Below are positions 27,561 through 41,399 of a stretch of DNA of 64,000 nt, piece after piece. The translations under genes and the position numbers were made by a program. The notes under the pieces were generated by a model. That model was not told where the DNA came from. It ran no database searches and was given only the letters and a program-made list of their open reading frames with translations. Source of the stretch: Eledone cirrhosa (Eukaryota); the NCBI GenBank assembly GCA_964016885.1, contig OZ024750.1:2480001-2544000 (forward strand), read 5' to 3'. Each line of letters begins with the position of its first letter. Position 1 is the first letter of the stretch.

Positions 27561-27599
27561 GCCAGTGATGGAAGGCACTGGTGGATCTGTTCAGGTCAA

Positions 27600-28430
27600 G
27601 AATCAATTTGCTGTTTGGATCCGGAAAGATCATCCAGACCTCAAGATCTTAAACTTTCTGAAATAACAACTGTCTTGCCACCTGAACTGGGCCAACCAAA
27701 TGATAAGCACACCCTGTTGTCTTCAAAAAAGAGCATGAGTTTAACCCATTTGGCTAAATCTCAATCATGGCTACATCTATATCTGAGATCTTTAAATAGG
27801 TGATCTTCCTTCCAAGCTGACTCTAGGCCATGTGTATTTATACATTTGAGTATGACCATGTTGGTTGGAAGAAAAGATGTGAGAAATGTCACTTACCTTG
27901 GTCATGGAGAAGGATGGGAAATCTGATCTTCTCAAAAGGAACCTCCAAAGGTTCATTTCTGATGGATCTCTTGATCAGTGAAAGGTTTCCCTTCCAGAAG
28001 AAGCAAAATAGCATGAGCCCAAATCTAATAAGATGTTTTCTGGGACAAAGCACTCTGGTCAGATAGAAAATACACCAACTGATGTAGGTGTTAGCCACTT
28101 TTGCTCAACCTTTCACAGACAGCTTCCTCTTAGCCCATTTCTGAAGGAGTTTGGACATCCTGCTCATGACCTCTTCCCAGATGTTCTTCATGTGGAGGTA
28201 TAGACCAAATCAGATTCCAAGCACATTAACAGAATCCAACAAAAGAAACTGTTATCCCACATGAACTTGTCACTCCAAGGTCTGTATTGGATCCCCATTA
28301 CTGCTTGGTACTTCTTCAGTATTGTACCAACCATCTCAATTTTCCATGCGTCTAACATCATCATGGTAATGTCATTAATGAATACTGATATAGACCATCT
28401 GTTTAAGCAGTCACAGAATGTTCCAATGTA
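27600..28430 (-). mobile_element. Tx1/L1-like LINE fragment (YADD region to post-RT)
   Basis: Minus peptides FINDITMM (~YADDIT), VGTILKKYQAV, VNVLGI*FG and KWAKRKLSVKG*AKVANTYI...LFCFFWKG. Confidence 0.8.
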
Positions 28431-29348
28431 TACAGAAGAAAAGGGTTATTTTTTTAGGTAAAAATCCATAACCTTTTAAGGCCTGACCCTTTTATGAACT
28501 GACCCTACTGACTAATGCTTAAACTTAGATCATGTATTACACTTAGTATTCTTGAACAAAGTTAATTTTGATATATATTCTTACTCCATCACCATCTCCG
28601 AAATCACTTTCATTTTCTATATCTAACTAAATTTGAAGCATCCATAACATTTTCCCATTTATCCACCAGCTCACCTGTTGCTGTTACACATCATGATCCA
28701 ACAACTTTCAGTTCATTTCAACATGGCAGTGATAACAGGCAAAGATTTATTCCAAAAATTCACAAAATACATTCCTCCCCAACCTTCCACACCCAAGAAT
28801 TATCTACATACAATCTAGACACATCATACCAAATCTACACTGACCTAATTAGCAAAGTGAAAACATTCCTTGTATTAGAACTTATTTTCCATCCTATAGT
28901 TGATACACATAAAACATATAAGAATCGAACCACCTCTGTTTTAATTCAATCATTATAGGAGGAGAAAGTATTTGAAACTTCTAGCCACTTTTAGGTGGGT
29001 TCTTACTTGGAAATCTTCGAAATGAAACAATTGTTTAATCTAAATCTTTCTCGTTATAAATAGAAATATCTTTTTAAAAATCTATTATGGTTCTATTTCC
29101 TTCTGTTAATGGAGACCAAACATTTTAATTTGTGACAAAATGGTATTTTATAACTTGTAAATGCTTTAAAGATATTACATAATCTCAATTAACTCCCAAG
29201 ATCTGTCAAATATAAGTAGGCTGGCATTGTATGGAAAAATGATCTACTTTACTATATTCAGTCACTTGGTTGATAACATAACCAGAATTTCAGGAGATAA
29301 ATACAAGTCCTTACAGTACAGAGACAAATTAGTCTGAATACTACAGAT

Positions 29349-29700
29349 GTCATCATCATCATCATCATCAGTATTTTAATGTGCATTGACAATGCTGACA
29401 CGATTTTCAAAGTCCAAAGTATGCATATCAACATTTTCATTGATCCTATGTCTCAGGCCCAACAGATATTATCTCATGTCTTCCTTGCTATTCCTCTACA
29501 ATTCATACAGTCCACTCTTAGCAATATCACTTTTTCAGCCATTGTTATTGATTTACATTACTTATCCATGCCAGCACTATCACCTCCCCTGCATACATTG
29601 GCTAAAGCCTCTAATGCCTAGCCACTTTTCAGCTTACTTTTACTTTGCCGTCCATACAGAGTTCATGTTTAACATCCAACAGATTCTACTCAACTCGTAC
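29349..29700 (-). mobile_element. Decayed RTE 3' end
   Basis: (CAT)n tail at 29349-29369. Minus peptides LGIRG..QCMQGR..CWHG.VM and RGIARKT (~RGRPRKTW). Confidence 0.6.
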
Positions 29701-32399
29701 ACACATGCTTTTAACAGTATAGCAGTTCCTTTTTGCAGAAAAGGGAACTTTTGGTTAAGAACAAGGATAGCAACTTATGGAATTTCTTTCACCCATTTCT
29801 TATCCCAGAAACTAAACTTTAACCCCAAACAACCATTTCCTGCACTAGTCAAAGCAAGAGTAACAACTTTCTACAACTAAACACTCCATAACTTCTACAA
29901 TTATTCCTATACATTTATTACATTTGAAATCCTGATTCTCTACCAATCTGTCAGAGATTCCACTACACTGAGTACATAGTATACAGTTATTTTCCAAATG
30001 GCACAAGAAATTTGTATTATCTTTTACTAATTAGTTCTTTGGTCATTGCTTTGTTAACCTTTAGGCTCTTTAGCTAAAAATCAACCTTTCTAATTCAGAA
30101 CATTTTCTGTAGCTCTTCAATAAATTCTACAATGAGAACCATATTATCATTATTCAAGACAGAACTCAAGTGAACACTGACATGTAGGCTTTAAATTCCT
30201 CATTAAATTTGCAGCAAGCTTAACCTTCATTACAACACTCAAATAGGAGATTAAAATATTCTCATGAATAATTTTTCAACAATTGTTCCAGAAAGATACC
30301 AAAATATTAGTATGTAAAGATTGTTGAAGATCACTAAGCATATTATATGCAACATTAGATTCTTCAATTCAGTTATGTTGCTTATAACAGAGGACAAGTT
30401 GCTTAATCTGATCTACAAATCTTTTTCAAGTCAAGAATAATGGATAATTTAATGATGACCATAGATTAATAGTGATATTAAATGATCTGTTGATTTAAAA
30501 CAAGCTTTATAGATATAGCAGTGATTGGGAAACTTTATTTCACACTCCAATTCAATGTCTGCTGATTTCTTGTATGTGGTATCATTACAAATTTCTATTA
30601 AATCTTAACACCCTTTTAACAGAACATATCAAAAGACAGGTTTATTAATGAAAATGTTTATAGTAACTTTACTACATGACAAATCATTGTGAAAATTTGT
30701 GAAAATTTGCAATATGAGAGTAAAGACTTTTTAATGTGATGCAGTCAGTAATATTAGTACATTATACTTTTCAATAATGTCTTACTAATACAGTTTCATG
30801 AAGTACAGAATGTTAAGAGTTGAAAATAATGGGTTTGAAGTCAAATGTTTGAATCTTTGTCAGCCCTCACCCCACAAAAAAAAACCCAACAAACAAACAA
30901 TGAAAAATAATGTAGCATTTATATCAATTCATTATTTACTTAATATTGTGATCTCTATGGAACGTCTGAAGGATCCTGAATGATCATAAAATCTAGCAGA
31001 GATACATTTTTAATAACCAGAATCACAAGAAATTCAACAGTTCTGGTGTCTATACCAACAAGTCAGAAATAGTTATTACATAGTGTTCACATAGTTATCA
31101 CGCATATTCGTTCCACAATAGGAAATCGTGTATGTGAGAGGGGGGGGAGCGAGAGGGGAGGAGGTGTGAAAGGGGGAGAGAGAAGAGGTGGGAAAATAAG
31201 AAAGGGATATGGAAAGAAAGAGCAAGAGAGAAAGAAAGCCAGAAAGCAAGACATGGAGTGAGGCCGATGGTAATATAATTTTAAGATAGACAAAGGAAAG
31301 ATAATTTAGGGACATTTGATTAATTCTAAATATTTTCAATGAGTTAAAGATTGAATCCATTAATTATGGTACCAGCAAGAAGTTTGTCAGATAATACAAT
31401 GTCATATTTTTCTCCTTCTCTCCTCTCAACAGATTCCACATGAAACTTTAAACATGTACATGTGGATAGTACCTCAAAACAATAAAAAGAAGATCTACTT
31501 TCAAGTCAGACATATCTCAATCGCTTCTACATAGCCCTCCCCACCTCCAATTTTCCACCACCAATGAATCTACATAATTTAATGCCCAAAATTCCAAACA
31601 ATAACTTTGTGGTTATTGATCAGATGCTGTTCATATGGACATTGATGTTATTGATGTTGTTTTATGTTTAGCTTTAAATCTGCATAGAAGCAATGCTACT
31701 CAAAATGGAAAAAAAAATCATCTAGTAATAATACAATGGACGTTGTAGTTTTTATTGTTGTTATTGTTTTATTTTTGTTTTAGTATTTGCTTATGTTTAT
31801 TATGATAGCAATGATTATTGTAGTACTTGTAATAATGATGCTAAAGACTAGCTGATTGTAGTGAGAATGATAATGTAGTTGAGGGTTATGGTGGTGATAG
31901 AGTTTGAAAAGCTGATCATAATGATTGTGATGATGATGATGGAAGAGTATGATGGTGGCAGTTGTTAAAAATTACACTAGTCTATTGACTAATGTATGCT
32001 TCATATCTTTAATATTTCCACTTCTATAGTGAATTTTAATTTTTATATGCTATGCCAACCTGAGTTTGGGAATGTGCCAGAATTGGTTACAAGAGCCACA
32101 TCAGAAATATTGGTGCTAAGTTGACAAGATATAAATTGAGGTAGCATCTTTATTTTTTCAGAAATTTAGAACTAACCTTAATACTTCTCAAAACTAATAT
32201 AAGAAAAGCAAACTTTAATCTACTAATAATACCTCCTTGATTTTCAACTCCTTTGGATGGAAGTAAGAAGTGAAAATAAACATCTTACTAACTGGTATTG
32301 AACCAAGATTTCCAAGCTCTGGAATTTGGCAATTTAACAACTAGGCTATTCAGGAATCCCTTTACTTATAAAAAAGTTTCTATCTATATATCAATAATT

Positions 32400-32586
32400 G
32401 TTTCTACTTTTGGCATAAGGCCAGCAATTCACCAGTACATTACTGGTACTTTATTTTATCGACCCCGTAAGGATGAAAGGCAAAGTTAACCTCGATGGGA
32501 TTTGAACTCAGACCGTAAAGGGACGTAACTATGCAGGAAAGCAAGGCGTCCAACCCTCTACCGATACTGCCAATCTACCGCCCTTC
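32400..32586 (-). mobile_element. Young full-length Nin-like tRNA SINE (short variant)
   Basis: Reverse complement begins GGGCGGTAGATTGGCAGTATCGGTAG (A box) and has GAGTTCAAATCCC (B box). Closely similar to 57492-57679. Confidence 0.85.
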
Positions 32587-32717
32587 AACATCCATATATC
32601 AATAATAGAAATGTATCAGAGATAAGGAATATAAAATACAACAGCAACACGTTGAATAAAACCATTGATCAATAAAAATAAAAATATATACAAGTGAAGA
32701 TTGCCAAGCATAATAAT

Positions 32718-33760
32718 GGTTTCTGTTTTAGGCACAATGCCAGCAATATTGGTGGAAGGGAAAGTCGATTATATCGACACCAGTGCATTACTGGTACTTT
32801 ATTTTATCAACAGCAATAATAACTATTATATTTCAAGGATAATAATGATAAAACAAACAAAAATATCAATAATAATAAGTATAAAAGCTATGATAACAAC
32901 AGCAGTAATTTTTCACATTGACTAAAAGTGTATAATTGGTTTAATGAACCCAGTATATGATTGACACCTATTTTAAGAACATTAGAAGGACGAGAGAGAA
33001 AGTCAGTTTCAGTGTAATTTGAACTCAAAACAGAGAAATTTATTTACATTACTCTATATATACTATTGTATTTTCACGGTAAAGGTTTTACCTCACATAA
33101 TATTTAATCTATGAGATTTTGATATTATTCATTTTGAGAACAATACCTTAACATAAGTATGAACAGTCAGTTATAGCCAGTTTCAACAGAAAGAGGTGAG
33201 AGAACTCTGGCCAGATATGGCCGGTTTAAATGCTAAAAGAATTAAATACTACAATACATTATTCAATCCAACATTCTACCAGAACTTCCATTCCAACAAT
33301 AATGACAGTTTCTAGTTTAGGCACAAGACCAGCAATTTGTGGAGAGGAAGAGGGAATCAGTTATATCGACCAAGATGAGAGGCAAAGTTGGCCTTGATGG
33401 AATTTGAACTCAGAACATAAAGAACTGGAACAAGTACTCCAAGACATTTTAATATTTATAATAATAATCCTTTTACAAGTGAAGTCAAATGATTTCAACC
33501 AGGAATTGAAATTGTCATGTGTACATGTCTCACTAGAATCCAATACACTGCAGCACTTGCTACTCTTTACAATAATAATAATAATAAAAGGTTTATAAAT
33601 TAGATGAATGTAGTTGATTGAATCAACCCTCAATATATGACTGGTACTTATTCTTTTGATTCCAGAAGGGTAAAAATAGTGAAACATGGTGGGATTTGAA
33701 TTTAGAGCATAGAGAGATCAAACTAAATAACTTAATAATTCCAACCATTCTACCACAACA
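32718..33760 (-). mobile_element. Cluster of at least four further decayed Nin-like SINE copies
   Basis: Repeated 'taggcacaa..ccagcaat', 'actggtactt' and 'atttgaactc' blocks at about 32720, 32940, 33310 and 33610. Confidence 0.7.
33043..33245 (+). mobile_element. piggyBac-like MITE copy with damaged left end
   Basis: Colinear over about 200 bp with 49421-49625; ends 'taaatgctaaaagaattaa'. Confidence 0.8.
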
Positions 33761-34442
33761 ACAGCAACAATAGAAAGCTTGTTCATTTAAGAGTTAAATG
33801 ATTCTCAATTTGATGCATTTACTCACATCAACCTTTTTACAAATCTTTTCATTAAAATATATTTTCTCCAAAGATACGTTAGTAATGTATGCGACATGTC
33901 AGTAGAGATAAATAAATGAATAAAAACAAATAACAAAATATGGTTGTTACTTTTGTCGTTTTTTTTTAAAATGTAATTATTTATAATGATAATAACTGAA
34001 TGAAATTTAAAATTTAACCAATAAAGATAAATACACTAAACAGAAGTAGATTGAGAAATTTAGAAATACCTATCTGTATTTCAAATCAAACAGCAATGGT
34101 GTTGATGTGTATAGAATTCATTTAAAAAATATTCATAGACTTTTGTTCTCTTTGATACTGTGTTATAAAAATCACCCTTGCCCAGGATAAGGTTCTGCCA
34201 AATGTGAGGAATGAAATCGGATACTTCTGTAAATGTTATCATATAGCACAAATTTATCCAACATTTCCTTTTGGATAACTGTCAGGAATTGGGAAAAGGA
34301 AGAAGAAAAATGTGTGTTTTTCAAAACGTAACCACATCAATATTTTTCTTTAAATAATAAGTCAGTCTAACTTTTAAATTAGATTTTTGGGGTTTTGTGG
34401 TGAGGGGAAGAGGTATTATATTAAATTTATTTCATAATAAAA

Positions 34443-34601
34443 TCTCTCTCCCTCCCTCCCTCTCTCTCTCTCATACACAAATGTAGTTACCTTTCTCTCC
34501 CACTATCTCTCTCTCACACACACACACACACAAATATAGTTTCCTATCTCTCTCTCTCACACACACACACAAATGTAGTTTCCTATCTCTCTCTCCCACT
34601 A

Positions 34602-34633
<32 letters not shown>

Positions 34634-34692
34634 AAATGTAGTTTCCTAAACCCCCCCCCTACAAATATACAGTCACCCCCTCTCTCTCTATA
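34443..34692. repeat. Higher-order compound repeat (CT)n-(CA)n-'aatgtagtttcct'
   Basis: Four copies of 'cacaaat(g/a)tagtt(a/t)cct' separated by CT/CA tracts. Confidence 0.85.
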
Positions 34693-34897
34693 TCTCACCA
34701 CATATATCTCATGCAGACAAATGTGAATTATACTAATTTCTTGGAGAGTCAAGTAAAATTATTGACTTCTTCACTGTAATTATGCTGTCTGTAATGCACA
34801 AAGTTATAATAGTACCAAATTGTTTTGTGAGCTCTAGTTTTCATTGGGACTAACAGAGTCAATGGTAAATGATACACTTTCAATGGAATCTCAATAA

Positions 34898-35102
34898 CAT
34901 ACACACATTCACAGACAAGCACACCCATTCATACACATTCACACACATTCACACAACCACACACATTCACACACATTCACACACATTCACACACATTCAC
35001 ACACGTTCACACACATTCACATACATTCATACACAAGCACAGACATTCACACACATTCATACACATTCACACACATTCACACACATTCATACACAAGCAC
35101 AC
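34898..35102. repeat. 10-bp tandem repeat (ACACACATTC)n
   Basis: Directly visible. Confidence 0.9.
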
Positions 35103-36209
35103 CACAGATTAAAAACTGCAGAGGTTGATGACTGCAGTGAATAACCAAAATAATGACGATTTCTTTCTGATAATGCCTAAGGCTCCGAAGAGAAACAGAA
35201 ATAGGATAGTGGAGAATATTTGTGCTTTCTCCCAAGTGCATTAGTGACATAATTGAGGTGAAAAGAGCTTCATCGAAAAATCGAACTGGGTCAAAGACAT
35301 AGCTTGCAGGGGGGAGGATATCTCTTATTCTATGATGTTTGTCGCAATAATAACAATTGCAGTTCAATAGTGATTTTTTTTTCCTTTCCTTCTTTTTTTT
35401 TTGTTTTCTATTTTAACATTTGACACACGGACAGAAATATAAAGAAAGGATATAGAGAAGAGAATGAAGCCAAGTAGATGTCTGGTACTTATTTTTATTA
35501 ACTCCCTATGATGAGATAAAAAGGTAAAGTCAACCACAAGTGTTTGGACTGAGTATTGTAGGGAAACAAAATGAAATATTGATGGCATTTAGTCTGGGGC
35601 TGTTTGGTTGCTGTTGTTGTTTTATCGCTCCATGTTTTATAAAAATGGCAGAGAAGAAGAAGAAGAAGAAGAAGAAGAAGAAGAAGAACGACGGCAATGA
35701 TGACAGCGACGACAGCAGCAAACAACGACAATAACATGAACCAATATGGAGATATGAAACAGCTTCAGAATGGAAAGAAAAGTTGAATCTAAATTAATAA
35801 AAGATTGAATGTAGCAGCAACAATAATACTACAACTACAACTACTAATAACAATACTAATAATATACAATACTAATACTACAACTACTAATAACAATACT
35901 AATAATAATGATAATGACAATAAAATAGAATCAAAAGAGATAAGAGAGAAAAGGAAAATAAATTGAAGAGACAAGGATGAGAGTAAAAGAAGAGTTATAT
36001 GGGAGAGAATGTTAAGAGAATGAGCAGTAGATATGGCAGTAGCACTGTTGGTAACATTAGGGAGTGGAGTGCAATATTACACCAATCAAATGGCTTAACA
36101 CAGTTCAATAGACAACTTGTTAATCTGAATCAATAATTTTATATATAATTTTAAACAAATACTGTCTGTTCTCTTCTTCAAGCTAATACACCAAAAGCTT
36201 TATAGACAT

Positions 36210-36379
36210 GTATACACACATATATATATAATATATATGTGTCTATATATTTATATAATATATATAGATATATACACACACACATATAAATATATATATA
36301 TACGTGTCTATATATTTATATAATATATATAGATATATACACACACACAGATATATGTATATATATATATATATATATG

Positions 36380-36445
<66 letters not shown>

Positions 36446-37192
36446 TATGTCCAGAATTAGCCGTCGAAACGGCTTGAGCTCAGCTGTCGGGGTCTTACTG
36501 GTTCCTATACATATATATATATATATATATACACATATATATATATATATATACACATACATATATATATATATATATACATATATACATACATATATAT
36601 ATATATATACATATATATATACATATATATACATATATACATATATATATACATATATATACATATATACATACATATATACATATATACGTATATATAT
36701 ATACATATATATTATTGTTGCTGTATACATATATATACATATATCTATACATATATACATATATACGTATATATATACATATATACATATATACGTATAT
36801 ATATACATATATATATACATATATATATACATATATATACACATATATATACATATATATATACACACACATATATATATATATACACATATATATATAT
36901 ACATATATACTTACATATATACATATATACATACATATATATATACATATATACATATATCTATACATATATACATATATATACATACACACACACATAT
37001 ATATATATATACATATACACATATATATATATACATATACATACACACACACACACATATATACATATACACACATATATATATATATACATATACATAT
37101 ACACATATATATATATATATACATATACATATACATATATATATATATATATATACATACACATATACATATATATATATATATACATACAC

Positions 37193-37233
<41 letters not shown>

Positions 37234-37428
37234 TATATACATATACATATATACATATATAGACATATATATACATATATATATATACATATATATACAC
37301 ATATATATATATACATATACATATATACATATATAGACATATATATACATATATATATACATATATATATATACATACATTTATATATATATACACACTT
37401 ATATATACATATACACACTTATATATAC

Positions 37429-37461
<33 letters not shown>

Positions 37462-37636
37462 CATACTTATATATACATATAAATATATATATATACATAT
37501 AAATATATATATAGACATATATATATACATAAAAATATATATATATACATATATATATACATATATATATACATATATATACATACATACATATATATAT
37601 ACATACATATACATATATATATACATACATATATAC

Positions 37637-37670
<34 letters not shown>

Positions 37671-37691
37671 GTATACATACATATATACATA

Positions 37692-37727
<36 letters not shown>

Positions 37728-37731
37728 CATA

Positions 37732-37795
<64 letters not shown>

Positions 37796-37910
37796 CATAT
37801 ATATACATATATATACATACATATATATACATATATATACATATATATACATACATATATATACATATATATATATACATATATATACATATATATATAT
37901 ACATATATAC

Positions 37911-37943
<33 letters not shown>

Positions 37944-38095
37944 CATATATATACATATATATATACATATATATATATATATACATATATATATACATAC
38001 ATATATATATATTTATCCTTATCGAGCCCTCTTTGGATTTTAGTCTTCAAATTTATTATTATTACTATAAATCTGAGAAATATTTATATTTAAAC

Positions 38096-38129
<34 letters not shown>

Positions 38130-38275
38130 ATATAATATATATATATATATGTTTAAATATAAATATATATGTCTCTGTGTTTGAGTATTATGTATATATA
38201 GATAATATATATATATATGCACTTATGTATTTGTACATATATACATACGCTATATTCATGATAATGATGATGATG

Positions 38276-38342
<67 letters not shown>

Positions 38343-38370
38343 TACATGTATGTGTATATATATATATTAA
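36210..38370. repeat. About 2.1-kb (TA/CA) compound microsatellite field
   Basis: Directly visible; source of the spurious YI-rich ORFs. Confidence 0.95.
36449..36508 (+). mobile_element. 60-bp Penelope-like fragment with 3' half of a hammerhead ribozyme inside (TA)n
   Basis: GAAA-CGGC-ttGAGCTCa-GCTG-TC (36466-36488); nearly identical to 46425-46484. Confidence 0.65.
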
Positions 38371-38466
38371 GAGTCAATTGTCGATTCACTCCATTTTTGT
38401 ACAGGTGTACATGTAGGTGTGTATGTGTATATATATACATAGAGAGAGAGAGACAGGAAAAAGAAA

Positions 38467-38542
38467 AATGACTTCTACAGAAGAAGATCTGTTTTATTTG
38501 TATGAAATCATCAGGTAGATGTCTGTACTCTACTTCTACCAC
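38467..38542 (-). mobile_element. Penelope-like fragment with decayed hammerhead core
   Basis: Minus strand reads CTGATGA-tttcatacaaat-AAAA-CAG-atcttctt-CTG-TA-GAAGTC; same family as 14351 and 40354. Confidence 0.6.
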
Positions 38543-38567
38543 GTATATATATGTGTGTGTGTCTGTA

Positions 38568-38600
<33 letters not shown>

Positions 38601-38717
38601 ATATACGCATACACTGAAGGATAGGAGAGCAAAAGAGTGAGAATGAAAGAAAGGAAAGAATTATAGACAGACAGACAGATAGATAGACAGGCTGACTGAC
38701 AGACAGACAGATAGATA

Positions 38718-39392
38718 AATTTCTTTATTAGCCAGAAGGGCACAAAAGAAGGGGAAAAATACAAATGGGAGTTTACATACAGGTATATGAAAATAAAACT
38801 CTTAATAAAATAACAAATAACAATTGAAATCCCCAATAGGGGGGAGGTGTTACACAGGGGTTGTACACACCCTGAAAAAATGTACAACTCTCTTCTCCAG
38901 GAGCACCCAGAGTGCGTACTCCCTTCCTCTCTTTCCTCAACCTACAGGCTTATATAGAGAGAAGGCCCAACCACTCGGGCCATCTTTGCCACATTCACCC
39001 ACCTTTTATAGAATTTGCTGGGGTACAGCACCTCTCTCTCCATCCTGGGGTACAGCACCTCTCTCTCCATCCTGACTCTTCTTCCAAAATGATATTTGAA
39101 AAAACGAATCAGTTGTTCGCCGGAGAGAAAGATGTCTGACCTCAGCCCTTTTAACCTCGTCCACCATAACCATAACACATAGGAAAACCGCCTCTCCCTC
39201 ATTTTTGAAGGAGGGTGGCGGTTTGAACATGACAATGGACACGGTGGTCAACTGGATTGGTCCCACCCGCGACAATAGTCGTTCTACATAGCCCCACAGG
39301 TCGTTAACGCCCGGGCAGTGTACAAATGCGTGCGCAACGGTTTCTTCATCGTGCACGCATCTCGGACAGATCTTTTTCAAAGGGTCCCTACC
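38718..39392 (-). mobile_element. Young 5'-truncated Tx1-like LINE 3' end with CCHC zinc knuckle
   Basis: ORF 39006-39380 has CPRC..DEETVAHAFVHC...LW (zf-RVT-like). The 3'UTR has AATAAA on the minus strand near 38724-38729. A 27-bp tandem duplication lies at 39018-39071. Both flanks are (GACA/GATA)n. Confidence 0.85.
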
Positions 39393-39652
39393 CTAGATAG
39401 ACAGACAGACAAGTAGATAGACAGCTAGACTGATAGACAGACAGGTAGGTAGACAGACAGACAGACATGTCAAAGGTGGCATCACTGTAGATTTGATGAA
39501 AGTAGACATGATAGAGACAAGATTCAATATAAGTGGAATGACTTCAGACATGACATTTCTCAATAATAATCTCTTTTTAAACATCACAACCATCATTCTC
39601 AGCTTCCTCACCAATAACAACATTTTAATGTTCAGTGTTGTTTTTGTTAGGT

Positions 39653-39909
39653 TGTGTGTGTGTATATATGTGTTTGTGTATATGAGTGTGTGTGTGTGTA
39701 CGAGTGTATGTGTGTGTGCGTGTGTATGAGTGTGTATGAGTGAGTCTGTGTGTATGGGTGTGTGTGTGTGTTTGTGTGTATGAGTGTGTGTGTGTAAGTG
39801 TATGAGTGTGTATGTGTATGTGTGTGTGTGTGTATGAGTGTATGAGTGTGTATGAGTGAGTGTGTGTGTGTGTGTGTATGTGTGTGTATGTGTCTGTGAG
39901 TGTGTGTGT
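39653..39909. repeat. (TG)n/(TGTA/TGAG) compound microsatellite
   Basis: Directly visible. Confidence 0.9.
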
Positions 39910-40220
39910 CCCATATTTTCCCACACTGACATTTTGAAACGCAATGGAATCAAAATTGAAATGTCTGAACATTGATAGAAAGAAAAAAGAGAAGACAGAA
40001 GGATATTTTTATACCAATATTGAAGATATATACATATATATGTGAGTGTGTAAATACATATATATACAAACACACACATATATACATATATATACATACA
40101 CACATATATATATATACACATACATATATATCTACACAAACACACATATATATATATACACATTATATATATATATACACATTATATATATGTATATATA
40201 CATACATATACATATATATA

Positions 40221-40415
40221 AGTTTATCCCGGGTTTAATCGGGGGTAACCACAGTAAGTAAGGTACTCAATACAAAGCAGAATATAAATATTTAAAATAG
40301 AGAGGCCTCTACAGGTCCAGACTTTTTTCATTCGGGAGAAATCATCAGGCTTCCTGATGATTTCTCCCGAATGAAACAGTTCTAGTCCTGCAGAAGTCCC
40401 TCTATATTAAATATA
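40221..40415. mobile_element. Palindromic Penelope-like element with near-complete hammerhead core
   Basis: Perfect 24-bp inverted repeat (40326-40349 / 40353-40376) with longer imperfect arms. Plus strand reads ggcttc-CTGATGA-tttctcccgaat-GAAA-cag-ttctagtc-ctg-CA-gaagtc. Flanked by (TA)n. Confidence 0.7.
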
Positions 40416-41399
40416 TATATATATGAGAGAGAGAGTGAAGGAACAATAATAATAAAAAAACCCATCTAATGTAGCATTGATCATTTCACTTAAGCACACA
40501 GATTTATTTCCACTTAACACTGCAGCAGACTTACATCTTACAGTGGTTGTGTTCAGAACTACCACTGATTTACAATTAAACTAGAAAACCGAAGTAATAC
40601 TATCTCAAATATTACAAAGATGTGAATAGGTGAATAGAAAATATGAATGAATATTAAATAACCTAAAACAATTCTTCAATCTTTTTTTCCCCCCATTTTT
40701 TTCTTTTTTTTTCAAATACTCATAATTAACCACAATTACAGATCCTGTAAATCTGTCGAGAAATCAGGTGTTTTTACTAAGGATATCATTAGTAGGCCTC
40801 TTGCTTCAGTATTATAAATCAAATGACATAGAACAGATGCAAAGGAGGTGACTTGCAGCCACTGCTGTAATTGCTTTGCTTTTTTTGCTTTTTTTAAAAA
40901 ATGATTTAACAGTATGTTTAGGTTTTGCAGACAGAGATAATGCTCTTACCTGACTAGAAAGGACACACTAGAATTGCGAATGGCTTGCCAATATCAATCA
41001 CATTGTGTTAAGAGCTTTACCAATACAGAGGCATATTCAACAATACCATTCTTACCTTTCAATAATAAATCAATAACTGTCTTTCACTGCCTGAGTAAAT
41101 ATACCTAATGCTAGAAATTGAGAACGTATACACAGACACGGCACACAGATACGCATGCTCACATACACATACATATCCAATGATTGCATCACAGATAGTG
41201 GCAGTCATTTACAGTGTATGAGATCAGTAGAAGATGCAGAAAGATTTGGAGGAGAAAGATGTGGGGAAAATATTAAGTGGAACAAATGCAAATAGATGGG
41301 GAAAAAAAATTTTTTTTCAAAAAAAACAATCATTGAAAAAAAATCATCAGATTGAAGGAATGGCAGATGATGGTAGTTCTCAAAATCATTAAAATATTT

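Noticed and set aside
36308-38050. Multiple 200-380 aa YI-rich ORFs
   Set aside because: Same microsatellite artefact.
40945-41125. Minus-strand donor/acceptor pairs
   Set aside because: Candidate exons have stops in the frames examined; non-coding exons cannot be judged without RNA data.
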